Positions 9,818-18,893 of a DNA stretch of 64,000 nucleotides are shown piece after piece. The notes beneath the pieces were generated by a model. The model was not told the origin of the DNA. It saw nothing but the letters and a program-made list of their open reading frames with translations, and did not search any database. Positions within the stretch are counted from its first letter, which is position 1. Each line of letters opens with the position of its first letter. The DNA is from Syntrophales bacterium (GTDB taxonomy: Bacteria > Desulfobacterota > Syntrophia > Syntrophales > UBA2210). A program made the position numbers and the translations under genes. Where the stretch lies: assembly GCA_963662405.2 (NCBI GenBank), contig CAXXKT010000001.1, positions 2,336,001 to 2,400,000 on the forward strand, written 5' to 3'.

Positions 9818-10168
9818 CTAGATGGATTTTGAAACTGCTATCTTAATATCTAGATCAACCTTCACCATTAATTGTGGAGATATAAAAGCCTTCGTTTCGT
9901 CAAGGACTGCTTTAACGATCGATTGTTTGTCAGCCATAAGGAAGAGTTGACGTTTAACGATAAGTGCCTCAACGATATCATCCTCGATTTCCACAAGTTC
10001 AAATAACCCGGGGCATATTGTGTCCATCATTTTTTTGGCAGCTTTTGGGCCAACGGGTGCATGTTTTGCGAGGACCAAAACGTCACCACATGGTGGAACA
10101 TTAAAAAGTGATATTTCCATATCTAAATGAACTTTTCTTGATTTCATAGAATCTTTGTTGTTTTGCAT
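9818..10168 (-). CDS. Hypothetical protein, probably co-transcribed with the kinase
   Basis: AGGAGG RBS; 27 bp from the kinase start. Confidence 0.7.
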   Translation of the reverse strand: MQNNKDSMKSRKVHLDMEISLFNVPPCGDVLVLAKHAPVGPKAAKKMMDTICPGLFELVEIEDDIVEALIVKRQLFLMADKQSIVKAVLDETKAFISPQLMVKVDLDIKIAVSKSI

Positions 10169-10634
10169 TTATTTCCTCCTGAGGTGAATAAAAAAGGGTA
10201 TACAAGCGCTTGGACCACTCGCGTGGACAGGCTTGTAAAAATTGCATCTATATTTACTAGCTTTCGAAGGTTTATTGTTGTTTTCGGTTAGTTATGACTT
10301 TAAAGTATTGGCGTTGATCGCATGGTTATCAGTTGAAGAAAACAAAAGCCCCATCTCCCATTTCGAGAAAAGGAGCTTTGTCTGATCGATCATAACAGTT
10401 CCAGAGGGTATCAATTCGCCAATACATATATTGATGTTCACTTGGTTGTTAAACCTCTAATCCCATTACAGTACTATGTCAAGAGAAATATAAACTGTGA
10501 TAACAGATACAGGATCTGTCAACGTATAGAGAAAAATAGTCCACTCGGCTTATAAAAATCAACACACCTTTAATTTACCCTTTACAGAGCCTAAAAGATG
10601 TTCCCCTGAAGCAGCCCTCGTTTTAACCGGACAC

Positions 10635-11777
10635 CTAGAAACTCAGGCGGTCTTCCGCTATCTCGTCACTCGGCAAAAGGTGTGCGTATTTCATCGTGGT
10701 TTTTATGTCGGCATGGCCAGCTAAGTACTGGACCCTCCGAATGGGCACTCCCGCATCAAGCAAGTGCGTTATGTATGTGTGCCGGAGCGAGTGCAAGGTT
10801 ATGTCATTCGGCAGTTTTGCCTTCTTGCGCAGTGCGAGAAAAGCTACGCTATGACCATTCGGGAGCAGCAAGGGTTCATTCTTAGTGCCGAAGAGGTACT
10901 TTGTTTTTCTCTCAACGAATAGCCGCAAGATATCGGTCAAATTCCTGTTGATTCCTATGATACGAAACTTTCCGCTTTTCGTTGAGAATTTGTCAGCGGC
11001 CGATGGCTGTACGGTAATAGCTCTCTTTCCCAGATCCACATCTCCCGTTTTCAGATAGACCAGTTCACCACGGCGCATCCCCGTATAAAGGTAGGTCATA
11101 ATGATGGGGTATGCCTCACCTCCGAAATGAGCAGTATCCTCCCGGGCGGTTTTAACGAGAACGGATATCTCTTCTTTGGTCAGAGAACGAGGTTTTCGTT
11201 CCCGCGTGTCACGGCGTAGCATTCGACTGTCTACGGTACGGGCCGGATTGGAGGGTAGGGCATTTTGCTCGACGGCGATATCCAGGATCTGAGACAAGGT
11301 CAGCAGGTCTGCCCGCACGGTCTTTCCCTTAACTGTCTTTAATCGTTCCCGCATGTATTTTTGAACGGTGGCCTCGGTAATTTCATTGACCGGTTTTGTG
11401 CCGAAATAGTTGGTCAGATTTTCTGCTCGGCGTGTGTTGAAATAGTGCATATAGTCACGGACGTTCTCGGCAGACCGGGCAAGGAAGGCCTTTTTCAACT
11501 CGTCCCAGTGAGGAAGGATTAGGGGTGTATCCGGACCGCCTAAAGCGCGGGCTTCTTCTCGTGAGATGAAACCTTTTCTCAAGGCGAAGCGAAGTTCCGA
11601 TGCGGTCAACGTGTCTTTCAGCGAATGAGTTTCGAGGACTTCTATGTCCGGATAGTCGGTGATCGCCTTGGCTTTCGAAGAGTAATACCTATACTTCTGT
11701 TCCTGAGTTCCGTCAGGGAAATAGACAATATACCGGATCTGGTAACCCCGGTTTTTATGGCGATAAAGCCGAGCCAT
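10635..11777 (-). CDS. int: Phage tyrosine integrase
   Basis: YTGMRRGE (R), K, HSLRH (HxxR), LAGHADIKTTMKY (H, Y). Confidence 0.95.
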   Translation of the reverse strand: MARLYRHKNRGYQIRYIVYFPDGTQEQKYRYYSSKAKAITDYPDIEVLETHSLKDTLTASELRFALRKGFISREEARALGGPDTPLILPHWDELKKAFLARSAENVRDYMHYFNTRRAENLTNYFGTKPVNEITEATVQKYMRERLKTVKGKTVRADLLTLSQILDIAVEQNALPSNPARTVDSRMLRRDTRERKPRSLTKEEISVLVKTAREDTAHFGGEAYPIIMTYLYTGMRRGELVYLKTGDVDLGKRAITVQPSAADKFSTKSGKFRIIGINRNLTDILRLFVERKTKYLFGTKNEPLLLPNGHSVAFLALRKKAKLPNDITLHSLRHTYITHLLDAGVPIRRVQYLAGHADIKTTMKYAHLLPSDEIAEDRLSF

Positions 11778-11899
11778 TTGTGAACCTCATAAATCAGAAA
11801 AAAATAAAATTTCATATTTTCACTTTGATTGGTGATCCGGGTATTAATCCTGATCCCCCTACTTTGCCACCGTGACCAAGGTTAGAACAGCGTTAACTC

Positions 11900-12148
11900 T
11901 TACAAGACTATCAAATACAACAAAACAAAGCCAATTATAACCGCCGCAAACATCAGAACAATGATCATTCCCAACCGCTCTGACTGGTTCCTCGGGCGCT
12001 GGGGCTCCGAAGTGAAAGCTTCAGTTGGGTTTTCAGGCGGTTCTGGGGATGTATTTTCAGATACGGGTAATGGCTCTCCACAGTGAGGACAATAACCCAA
12101 TATATCTGAAACATTCTTGTTGCATTTATGACAATAGCTCAAAGCCAT
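11900..12148 (-). CDS. Zinc-ribbon protein with C-terminal TM helix
   Basis: CHKC...CPHCG plus a hydrophobic tail; GGAGG RBS. Confidence 0.75.
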   Translation of the reverse strand: MALSYCHKCNKNVSDILGYCPHCGEPLPVSENTSPEPPENPTEAFTSEPQRPRNQSERLGMIIVLMFAAVIIGFVLLYLIVL

Positions 12149-12378
12149 TCGTGACCTCCCTCCATTTTCTGGATCCGGTTACCAGAATATGAGGACCCCT
12201 TTCCGATCTGATGCATTATATATTTCTGACATAACTTTTTTCAGTAAATATCCTCATTATGTAAATTACATAACCATCGCCGTTTATTCGGTATCGCCTG
12301 CCTGTTTCAATGTATTGGTTTTCAGTTTTTGTGATGGTTGCAGTTTGAAACTCTTCATGGAATCACTCTTGCCGGTGG

Positions 12379-13071
12379 CTATCTCACCACATGGCCCACC
12401 CATACGACCTTTCCGATTAGATAGAATTGTCGCATATCAACTTCAATAGGATCCGGAACCTCGCTCCTGTTATCAGATATAGCAAGGAGAGCCGATCCTT
12501 TCCAGACCAGTCTTTTGACCTTTACGAGGTCTCCTTCAGAAAAGGCATATATCTGTCCGTCGATAATATCCTTCATGCTTTTTAAAGACATGTCCACCAG
12601 GACCATATCGCTGTCACCTATTCCTGGGAGCATGGAGTTTCCCTTTACCGAAAAGAGCCCACAATTGTTTTTTGAGCAATGCCGGTTGAGCCATTCAGTT
12701 CGAAACGCATATTGGTGCTCAACATTCTGGGAAATAACGTAGGTGCCGGTGCCGGCTGCAAGGTCAAGTTCGTATTTCGGAATAAAAGTAAAATCCTCTA
12801 TACATGCACATTCATCAGAAAGGAGGGGAGTCTGTGAAGAAGTTAGAGAGTCTCCTTCGCCGGTGAGAATGTAATTGAAATTAACATTACGTTTATAAGC
12901 TTCCGTTTCAATTAGGTTTATTATCGTTCCCCTCTTTATTCTGCCAGCCAAATCTTGAGGTAAGATACCGAATAAGTTAGCTAAATCTTTTTTTCTTTTG
13001 CAGCCAAAGATTTCCATGGCCCTCTTGACCATATCCTGAACTTCATATTCCGAGAATTTTATTCTTGACAT
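12379..13071 (-). CDS. CI-like repressor (HTH + S24 autopeptidase)
   Basis: N-terminal HTH; VKGNSM (catalytic Ser), VKRL (Lys), IGKVVW. Confidence 0.93.
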   Translation of the reverse strand: MSRIKFSEYEVQDMVKRAMEIFGCKRKKDLANLFGILPQDLAGRIKRGTIINLIETEAYKRNVNFNYILTGEGDSLTSSQTPLLSDECACIEDFTFIPKYELDLAAGTGTYVISQNVEHQYAFRTEWLNRHCSKNNCGLFSVKGNSMLPGIGDSDMVLVDMSLKSMKDIIDGQIYAFSEGDLVKVKRLVWKGSALLAISDNRSEVPDPIEVDMRQFYLIGKVVWVGHVVR

Positions 13072-13093
13072 AACTAATCTATTCGTTTATTAT
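13065..13093 (+). promoter_or_regulatory. PR-like sigma70 promoter overlapping the cI start, with TATTCGTTT direct repeats
   Basis: TTGACA-N17-TATTAT; two TATTCGTTT copies within 13080-13099. Confidence 0.7.
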
Positions 13094-13121
13094 TCGTTTC
13101 AACACTGTAGAAAGGCAACTA

Positions 13122-13397
13122 ATGATGACACATTCCAGTCGTTCCTGCAATGTTGAATTATTGGGCGCATATATCCGTCTAAGGGGTTATAGGAACAATG
13201 CCGAACTCGCCCGGGGAATAGGCGTGAGCCGGTCCCTTCTTTGTAAACTTTTCAATCCCGATCATCCTTACAAAAACTCCGATCGAATCGATCAAATCTC
13301 CTCATATCTTGGCGCACCGCCCGAAATTCTCTTTCCTTGGGTGCAGGATAGGGAGATGGGCGATCAATTACCAGCAATGAATATTGAGGTGGGGTAA
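13122..13397 (+). CDS. Cro-like HTH protein
   Basis: NAELARGIGVSRSLLCKL; divergent from cI. Confidence 0.75.
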   Translation: MMTHSSRSCNVELLGAYIRLRGYRNNAELARGIGVSRSLLCKLFNPDHPYKNSDRIDQISSYLGAPPEILFPWVQDREMGDQLPAMNIEVG

Positions 13398-13654
13398 TGA
13401 ATTCAATCCGGGAAATATTTTTAGTTGGTATCCGAAAGGCTGGAAGCCAGGACGCCTTCGCTCGGGAAATCGGTGTTGATCCTGCGCAGTTATCAAGGTT
13501 CATGTCACCCGGCGAAGAATCGGGTTTGAAGATGAGCGTTATAGACCGAGCCTGTGAATATGCAGGAGTAACGGTTATCCCCCGTCAAGAATACATGAGA
13601 CTAATTGGAGCCTATCTGTTGGGGGCATCTCTCTATGAAAGGACTGTTTCGTGA
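13397..13654 (+). CDS. HTH protein (early regulator)
   Basis: SQDAFAREIGVDPAQLSRFM. Confidence 0.7.
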   Translation: MNSIREIFLVGIRKAGSQDAFAREIGVDPAQLSRFMSPGEESGLKMSVIDRACEYAGVTVIPRQEYMRLIGAYLLGASLYERTVS

Positions 13655-13839
13655 TGAATCTCACAGCGGAAGAATTTGCAAAGGAAATGAAGGTGAACAA
13701 GGCTACCGTTTTTCGGTGGTGTGAGCGAAACCTTCTCGGTCATCACCGTATTGGACGTGTGGTACGGATCCCGAGAAAGGACGCCGACGAATTTCTGAAA
13801 CTGCATTACCAGGAACGGTACGCAAGAAAAAGAAAGTGA
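13651..13839 (+). CDS. Excisionase-like winged-HTH (HTH_17)
   Basis: LTAEEFAKEMKVNKATVFRWC...RIGRVVRIP. Confidence 0.85.
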   Translation: MMNLTAEEFAKEMKVNKATVFRWCERNLLGHHRIGRVVRIPRKDADEFLKLHYQERYARKRK

Positions 13840-13851
13840 GCCGGATCTTTT

Positions 13852-14049
13852 ATGCGGTTGTCGCAAATCATACCGGAACGCCGGAACTTAAAGGAAGCAT
13901 ACAACGCGGGGTACGACTGTGTGGAACAGGGCCCGAACGAGAGAAACTGCCATTTCGCCCTGTTTTCCTCTCCGGAAATGTCGCGGGCATGGGATCAGGG
14001 TAAGTTTGACGCGGACAGCGGAATTCCTCGGCGGGAGCTCTACACATAA
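13852..14049 (+). CDS. Small protein resembling the ribosome modulation factor (Rmf) fold
   Basis: AYNAGY...C HF...AWDQG pattern. Confidence 0.45.
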   Translation: MRLSQIIPERRNLKEAYNAGYDCVEQGPNERNCHFALFSSPEMSRAWDQGKFDADSGIPRRELYT

Positions 14050-14059
14050 GGGAGGTACC

Positions 14060-14203
14060 ATGGAAGTCATAACAAAGATATCGGGGTATTTCGTGAAGCT
14101 GGAAATGCCGGATCCTAGAAGAAACTGGTTGCGTATGCTAGGGTGTATCGCCTTTTTGGTAATGCTGATGGGAGCATTCCTGATGCTGCTTTGTGCGCTC
14201 TAG
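14060..14203 (+). CDS. Small membrane protein
   Basis: GGAGG RBS before ATG 14060; hydrophobic C-terminus. Confidence 0.55.
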   Translation: MEVITKISGYFVKLEMPDPRRNWLRMLGCIAFLVMLMGAFLMLLCAL

Positions 14204-14416
14204 GGAGAGCGAGGCCATTTCGAGAATAATGGTTGCGGATACAGAGCATACAGAGTCACGACAAAGTGCGGAAAATATTAACACTATGTGGTTGAAAAGG
14301 AAGAAAACCGAGTTGGGAAGATTACATGGCATGTCATTCGGCCTTGATGATCTACCTATGTTGGAAAAGGAGAATGCGGGAAGAATAACTGATTAATGCA
14401 GTAAGGGGGTTCGCTA

Positions 14417-14623
14417 ATGAACTGGAAAGACGAGCTAGGATGTGCACAGATGGAACTCAGCCGTGCGGTATTGAGAATCAACGCTAGAGAGAGGGACGGA
14501 CACGACCCCGATGAGCAGATCATTGATCATTTGCGGAGATCAGGGAGCCATTTGGCCGCGGCGATAAGCGGCATATCGGAAACATTTGATATCAAGTCAA
14601 AAAAGGATGGCCTGACCGCGTAG
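14417..14623 (+). CDS. Hypothetical phage protein
   Basis: ORF with an RBS-like AGGGGG in the early operon. Confidence 0.5.
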   Translation: MNWKDELGCAQMELSRAVLRINARERDGHDPDEQIIDHLRRSGSHLAAAISGISETFDIKSKKDGLTA

Positions 14624-14813
14624 AGTAACCGGGGTGTTTACCGGCGAAGACCCCACCACAAGGGTCAACGGAGAAAGGCCATGCAACGGAAAATGAGGGC
14701 CGGAATAAACAAATGCGAGCAGACAGAACCAAGAAGCTCAGGGCATTGGGAGGGAAAACGTCGGATGTACAGTCCCACTGTTTTCGGGAAAAGAGATCTG
14801 ATCATAACACATC

Positions 14814-15029
14814 ATGAATGAAGGAAGGTGTACCGTGAAATTCTTGACGGTGATGAATATAGCCGGAGAGATATTTCGGGTTTACAAGACGGCTAACACT
14901 CTGGAAGGGGCCGAACGACTGGCACGGATAGAGGTTGCCAGGCAAAAGGGATTAATTCCGTCACCCTGGGCGGTGGATCCGTCAGACATCATAACTCGTG
15001 AGATCGCCGACCATGGCTTCAGCAATTGA
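14814..15029 (+). CDS. Hypothetical phage protein (start uncertain)
   Basis: ORF in early-operon orientation. Confidence 0.45.
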   Translation: MNEGRCTVKFLTVMNIAGEIFRVYKTANTLEGAERLARIEVARQKGLIPSPWAVDPSDIITREIADHGFSN

Positions 15030-15178
15030 CCGTGAAGGATATACACCTATACACCATGAACCCTATTTCATTAAAACCAAAGATCTCTCGCTATCTTTAC
15101 CCTGACAGAATTCTGTTTGTTCCCACTATGGAAGGCTCAGAATGACAAAAGATTACAGACAGTACGAGGAGCAAAACA

Positions 15179-15472
15179 GTGAAGCATGAATTAAAGACGG
15201 ACCCGGAGATGTTTGAGGCATCATACCGGGGATTGAGGGAGTGGGAGATCCGGTACAACGATCGGGATTACCAGGTGGGCGATCTACTTCTCTTGCGGGA
15301 GACCAGGCACACCGGCGCGGAGATGAAAGAAGGAAAGCCACTGGAATATACCGGGCGGAAGATGCTTGTGCGGATCATCTTTATCCTGCCCGGTCCGGCG
15401 TACGGGTTGGCTGAAGATTGGGTGATCATGTCGGTTGAATTGCTCCCGTTGTCGATGTGTGAGGGAAGCTGA
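15179..15472 (+). CDS. DUF3850/ASCH-like protein
   Basis: HELK...EIRYNDRDYQVGDLLLLRE...YTGR. Confidence 0.85.
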   Translation: MKHELKTDPEMFEASYRGLREWEIRYNDRDYQVGDLLLLRETRHTGAEMKEGKPLEYTGRKMLVRIIFILPGPAYGLAEDWVIMSVELLPLSMCEGS

Positions 15473-15508
15473 ACGGATCGATGGCGTCCTGGACCGTTCT
15501 GAGGGGAA

Positions 15509-17941
15509 TTGATAGTGGGTCTTGCCGCAAAATACCTGGGAGAAGCCCGCCGGGCGGAGATTGCAAGGACGCTGTTCACCGTCACGAGCGTCGACGAGGC
15601 CAAGGGCGAACTGCACGGCCTCTGTCCCCTCCACGGTGAGAAGAACCCCTCCTTTTCGTACAACTTCAAGAAAGACGTCTATAAGTGCCTCTCCTGCAAC
15701 GCCGACGGCGATCTGATCAGGCTGTGGTCCGAGGTGAAGGGTTACGGCCGGAAGGAGGGATTCAGGACGTTTTGCGAGACCTTCGACATCCCGATCGATT
15801 CCTCCGGAGGAGCAGGGAAAGGAAAGAACATCGAATCGGAACGATCGGAGAAAGAGACACCTCCCCTCGATCCTGCGGTAGTCAACGAACAGATGGAGCG
15901 CGCCCTGGAGCTCTTCCCGGCCCTTCCGGAAGGCCTCCTGGCCCGCATGGAGAAGGAACGGGGATGGTCCCGGAAATGGATGGAGATCCTCGACCTCCGC
16001 CTCCAGACGCACTACCTGTCGAAGAAGGGCGCCCTGGTGGCCATCAAGGTCCCGGACCGGCTGGCCGTCCCCGTACGGGACACTGACGGGAATCTGGTCA
16101 ACATCAGGCTCTACCGCCCGGGGGCGAAGCGCTACAAGATCATCTCCTTCGCCCGCTCCACCGGCCGGTCGCGCCTCTTCCCGGCCAGGCCCCTGCACCC
16201 CGAAGATACGGTCATTCTCTGCGAGGGCGAAAGCGACACGATCTGCGCCCTCTCGCACGGTTTCAACGCAATCACCCAGACAACAAAGCTCAAGACGTTC
16301 CCCGACGACCAGCTGGACGCCTTCCGGGACCGGGACGTGGTCATCGCCTACGATGCCGACCGCCCGGGACAGAAGTACGCCCGGTACGCCGCCCAGGCCC
16401 TCGCCGAGACGGCTAAATCGGTACGGGTCATACAATGGCCCGGCTTCATGGGAAAAGACGAACAGGGTGGCTTTCCGGCCGACCACGGCCAGGACCTGAC
16501 GGACTTCTTCGTCAGACATCAGAAGACAACAGACGACTTCAAGATATTGGTCGAATCGGCGGAGAAGCCGCGGTTCGAGACCCGGGGAACGACGTCGACG
16601 GTGCTTGACGGAGAGCATCCTCCCCCGGGCGATCTGGAGTCTGTGAAAGAGTTCTTCGAACACGGCGTCAACCACCGCTACTCATTCAAGGCCCGCCTCC
16701 TGGCGGAGCGGCTCCTTGCGGAGTACCGGCTCATGTCCGACCCGGCGTCCGAGCTGATCTATCTCTGGAACGGGAAGTACTGGGAAGAGTTCGACGAGGA
16801 CCACCTCAAGAACGCCGCCATACGGCACCTGGCCACCGAATCACAGAAGGCCCGGGTCGAGGACGCCGTCTACCAGGTGCGGAAGCTCTGCACGCTGCCC
16901 CACGGCCGGAAGGTCAACGACCGGATGGACTGGATCTGCCTGCAGAACGGCATGCTGAACATCACCACCTTCGACATGAAGGAACACGATCCGGACTACT
17001 ACTTCACCACCATCTTCCCCGTGTCCCTGGATCCGGCCTCCCCGAAACGGTGCGACCGGTTCCTCGCCTACCTCGACGCCACGGTCCGGACCCCCGCGGT
17101 CATCGACCAGGTCCAGGAGTTCGCCGGCTACATCCTGACGCGCCACGCACGCTACGAGAAGTGTTTGTTCCTCTACGGCCCGGGCCGTGACGGGAAGTCG
17201 ACGCTCATGAAGCTCCTCAGGGAGATGGTGGGCGGGAGGAACTGCTCCGCCGTCTCCTTCCCGGACCTGGAGCGTGAGTTCCCCCGGTCGTCGCTCTACA
17301 ACAAGCTCCTGAACATCTCCACGGAGATCGGGAGCCAGGCGATCGAGAGCAGCTACTTCAAGGCGATCACCAGCGGCGATCCCATCCAGGCCGCCTTCAA
17401 GCACCGGGACAACTTCGAGTTCGCCCCGTACTGCAAGCTGATATTCGCCGGGAACATCCTGCCCCGCATCAAGGACACATCCGACGCGCTGTACGAACGG
17501 TTCCTGCCGGTCAGATTCAAGCGGCAGTTCCTCGAGGGGGATCCCGAACGGGATCCCTACCTCTTCGACAAGCTCAGGGAAGAGCTGTCGGAGATCTTCT
17601 ACTGGGCGCTCTGCGGGCTCAGGAGACTGATGGAGAAGGGCCGGTTCACCGACTGCGAGGAGACCCGCGCCCTCATCATGTCATACCGAAGATCGAACAG
17701 CCCGATCCTCTCCTTCGTCGAGGACGAGTGCGTCACCGGCAGTGAAGAGGAAGTGGCCAAGGACGAGATCTACAGCCGGTACCGGCAGTACTGCGGGATG
17801 AACGGGTACATGCCGACATCGAACAACAACTTCTTCCGTGAGCTCGAGAACGCCGTGAACAACATCATGATCTACCGTCCCCGCATCTCCGGAGAACGGA
17901 AACGGGTGATACGCGGCGTGGGACTGAAGGTGAAGACATGA
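15509..17941 (+). CDS. P4-alpha-like primase-helicase (CHC2 Zn finger, TOPRIM, D5/SF3 helicase)
   Basis: CPLHGEKNPSF...CLSC; CEGESD, YDAD; LYGPGRDGKST Walker A. Confidence 0.93.
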   Translation: MIVGLAAKYLGEARRAEIARTLFTVTSVDEAKGELHGLCPLHGEKNPSFSYNFKKDVYKCLSCNADGDLIRLWSEVKGYGRKEGFRTFCETFDIPIDSSGGAGKGKNIESERSEKETPPLDPAVVNEQMERALELFPALPEGLLARMEKERGWSRKWMEILDLRLQTHYLSKKGALVAIKVPDRLAVPVRDTDGNLVNIRLYRPGAKRYKIISFARSTGRSRLFPARPLHPEDTVILCEGESDTICALSHGFNAITQTTKLKTFPDDQLDAFRDRDVVIAYDADRPGQKYARYAAQALAETAKSVRVIQWPGFMGKDEQGGFPADHGQDLTDFFVRHQKTTDDFKILVESAEKPRFETRGTTSTVLDGEHPPPGDLESVKEFFEHGVNHRYSFKARLLAERLLAEYRLMSDPASELIYLWNGKYWEEFDEDHLKNAAIRHLATESQKARVEDAVYQVRKLCTLPHGRKVNDRMDWICLQNGMLNITTFDMKEHDPDYYFTTIFPVSLDPASPKRCDRFLAYLDATVRTPAVIDQVQEFAGYILTRHARYEKCLFLYGPGRDGKSTLMKLLREMVGGRNCSAVSFPDLEREFPRSSLYNKLLNISTEIGSQAIESSYFKAITSGDPIQAAFKHRDNFEFAPYCKLIFAGNILPRIKDTSDALYERFLPVRFKRQFLEGDPERDPYLFDKLREELSEIFYWALCGLRRLMEKGRFTDCEETRALIMSYRRSNSPILSFVEDECVTGSEEEVAKDEIYSRYRQYCGMNGYMPTSNNNFFRELENAVNNIMIYRPRISGERKRVIRGVGLKVKT

Positions 17942-18049
17942 GAAAGCATTTGAATCTCTCACTCCGGTGTGGTACCAAATCACCATTGTTCCCCGTATCC
18001 CCCCGTTCTGCGAGGCGGCCATGCATCACAACATCCGCGAAAACGGTTC

Positions 18050-18360
18050 AAGGTGGTCCAGGTGGTCCAAGCTGGTCCAACCTGACCTCCAAAAAAACCG
18101 TAATGATTTCGCGGCCCGGTCCAAGTGGTCCAAGTGGTCCAAGCTTTTTTGAAATATTGCACATGCGCGCGCACGCGCGCGCGCGCGTTGAGAACACTTC
18201 TTACAATTTTATAAATCTATTTTATAGAAAAGTACTTGGACCACTTGGACCAGTCAATAAAATCAAAAAGTTAGCTTGGACCATTTCGGTCCATTTCCGG
18301 TCCACTTTCCGAATAATCAAACAATATCAACTCGTTTCGCCAATTCCAGCTTGGACCACC
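18050..18360. repeat. Putative replication origin: converging GGTCCA iterons, RY tract, AT-rich core
   Basis: GGTCCA repeats at 18052-18143, mostly inverted TTGGACCA repeats at 18236-18358, (GC)n tract 18158-18188, AT-rich ~18200-18231. Confidence 0.7.
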
Positions 18361-18429
18361 CGAATACTCAAGCGATATCAAAGCGTTTTAACGACTGCAG
18401 CCCGGATTTACCGGTTTATGGAGGAAATC

Positions 18430-18813
18430 ATGACGACTATTGACCTCAAAAAGTACCAATCACAGACGGAAAGAGAAGGATCACAGACAAGAGGATCTCG
18501 GACAAACGCATATCCGTCACCCTGGATGCACCGGCCAGCGGTGATGAGACTGGCGGAGTACCTGAAGATGAACCGGGAGGGAGGGTTTTCAATCTACCGG
18601 GAGATGAACGGCTTCCGCCTGCACTTCGAACCGGCCCTGACCGGGGACGACGTCGGCACCGCTCGGTGGACCGCCGCACAGAACCTGTGCGACCTCCTGG
18701 AGGAAGCTTGCTACGATCTGAACGAACTCATCTCCCGGGGTGATGTTCTTCCGTTCATCAAAGAGATCGAAACTCTCATCAAAACAGTGGAAGCTCGTGC
18801 GGGTCCTTCCTGA
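18430..18813 (+). CDS. Hypothetical phage protein
   Basis: GGAGG RBS before ATG 18430; the longer ORF from 17938 merely reads through the ori repeats. Confidence 0.6.
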   Translation: MTTIDLKKYQSQTEREGSQTRGSRTNAYPSPWMHRPAVMRLAEYLKMNREGGFSIYREMNGFRLHFEPALTGDDVGTARWTAAQNLCDLLEEACYDLNELISRGDVLPFIKEIETLIKTVEARAGPS

Positions 18814-18842
18814 GGGAATTCTCGGATACGGAGACGGAGAAC
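18801..18842 (+). other. Lambda-like cos site (cosQ plus putative 12-nt cohesive end GAGACGGAGAAC)
   Basis: GGGTCCT, then 23 nt ending TACG, then a 12-mer: the same layout as lambda cosQ-cosN. Confidence 0.65.
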
Positions 18843-18893
18843 CCCGGCTCTTCACTACTTGTTGAATAAAAACTGCATGGAAAAACGGAACCG

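Noticed and set aside
18050..18360. CRISPR array or protein repeat
   Set aside because: Repeats are 6-9 bp without unique spacers and there are no cas genes; an origin fits better.
17938..18429. N-terminal half of the 291-aa ORF
   Set aside because: It translates ori repeats (GPSGPS, ARARAR); a good RBS precedes ATG 18430.
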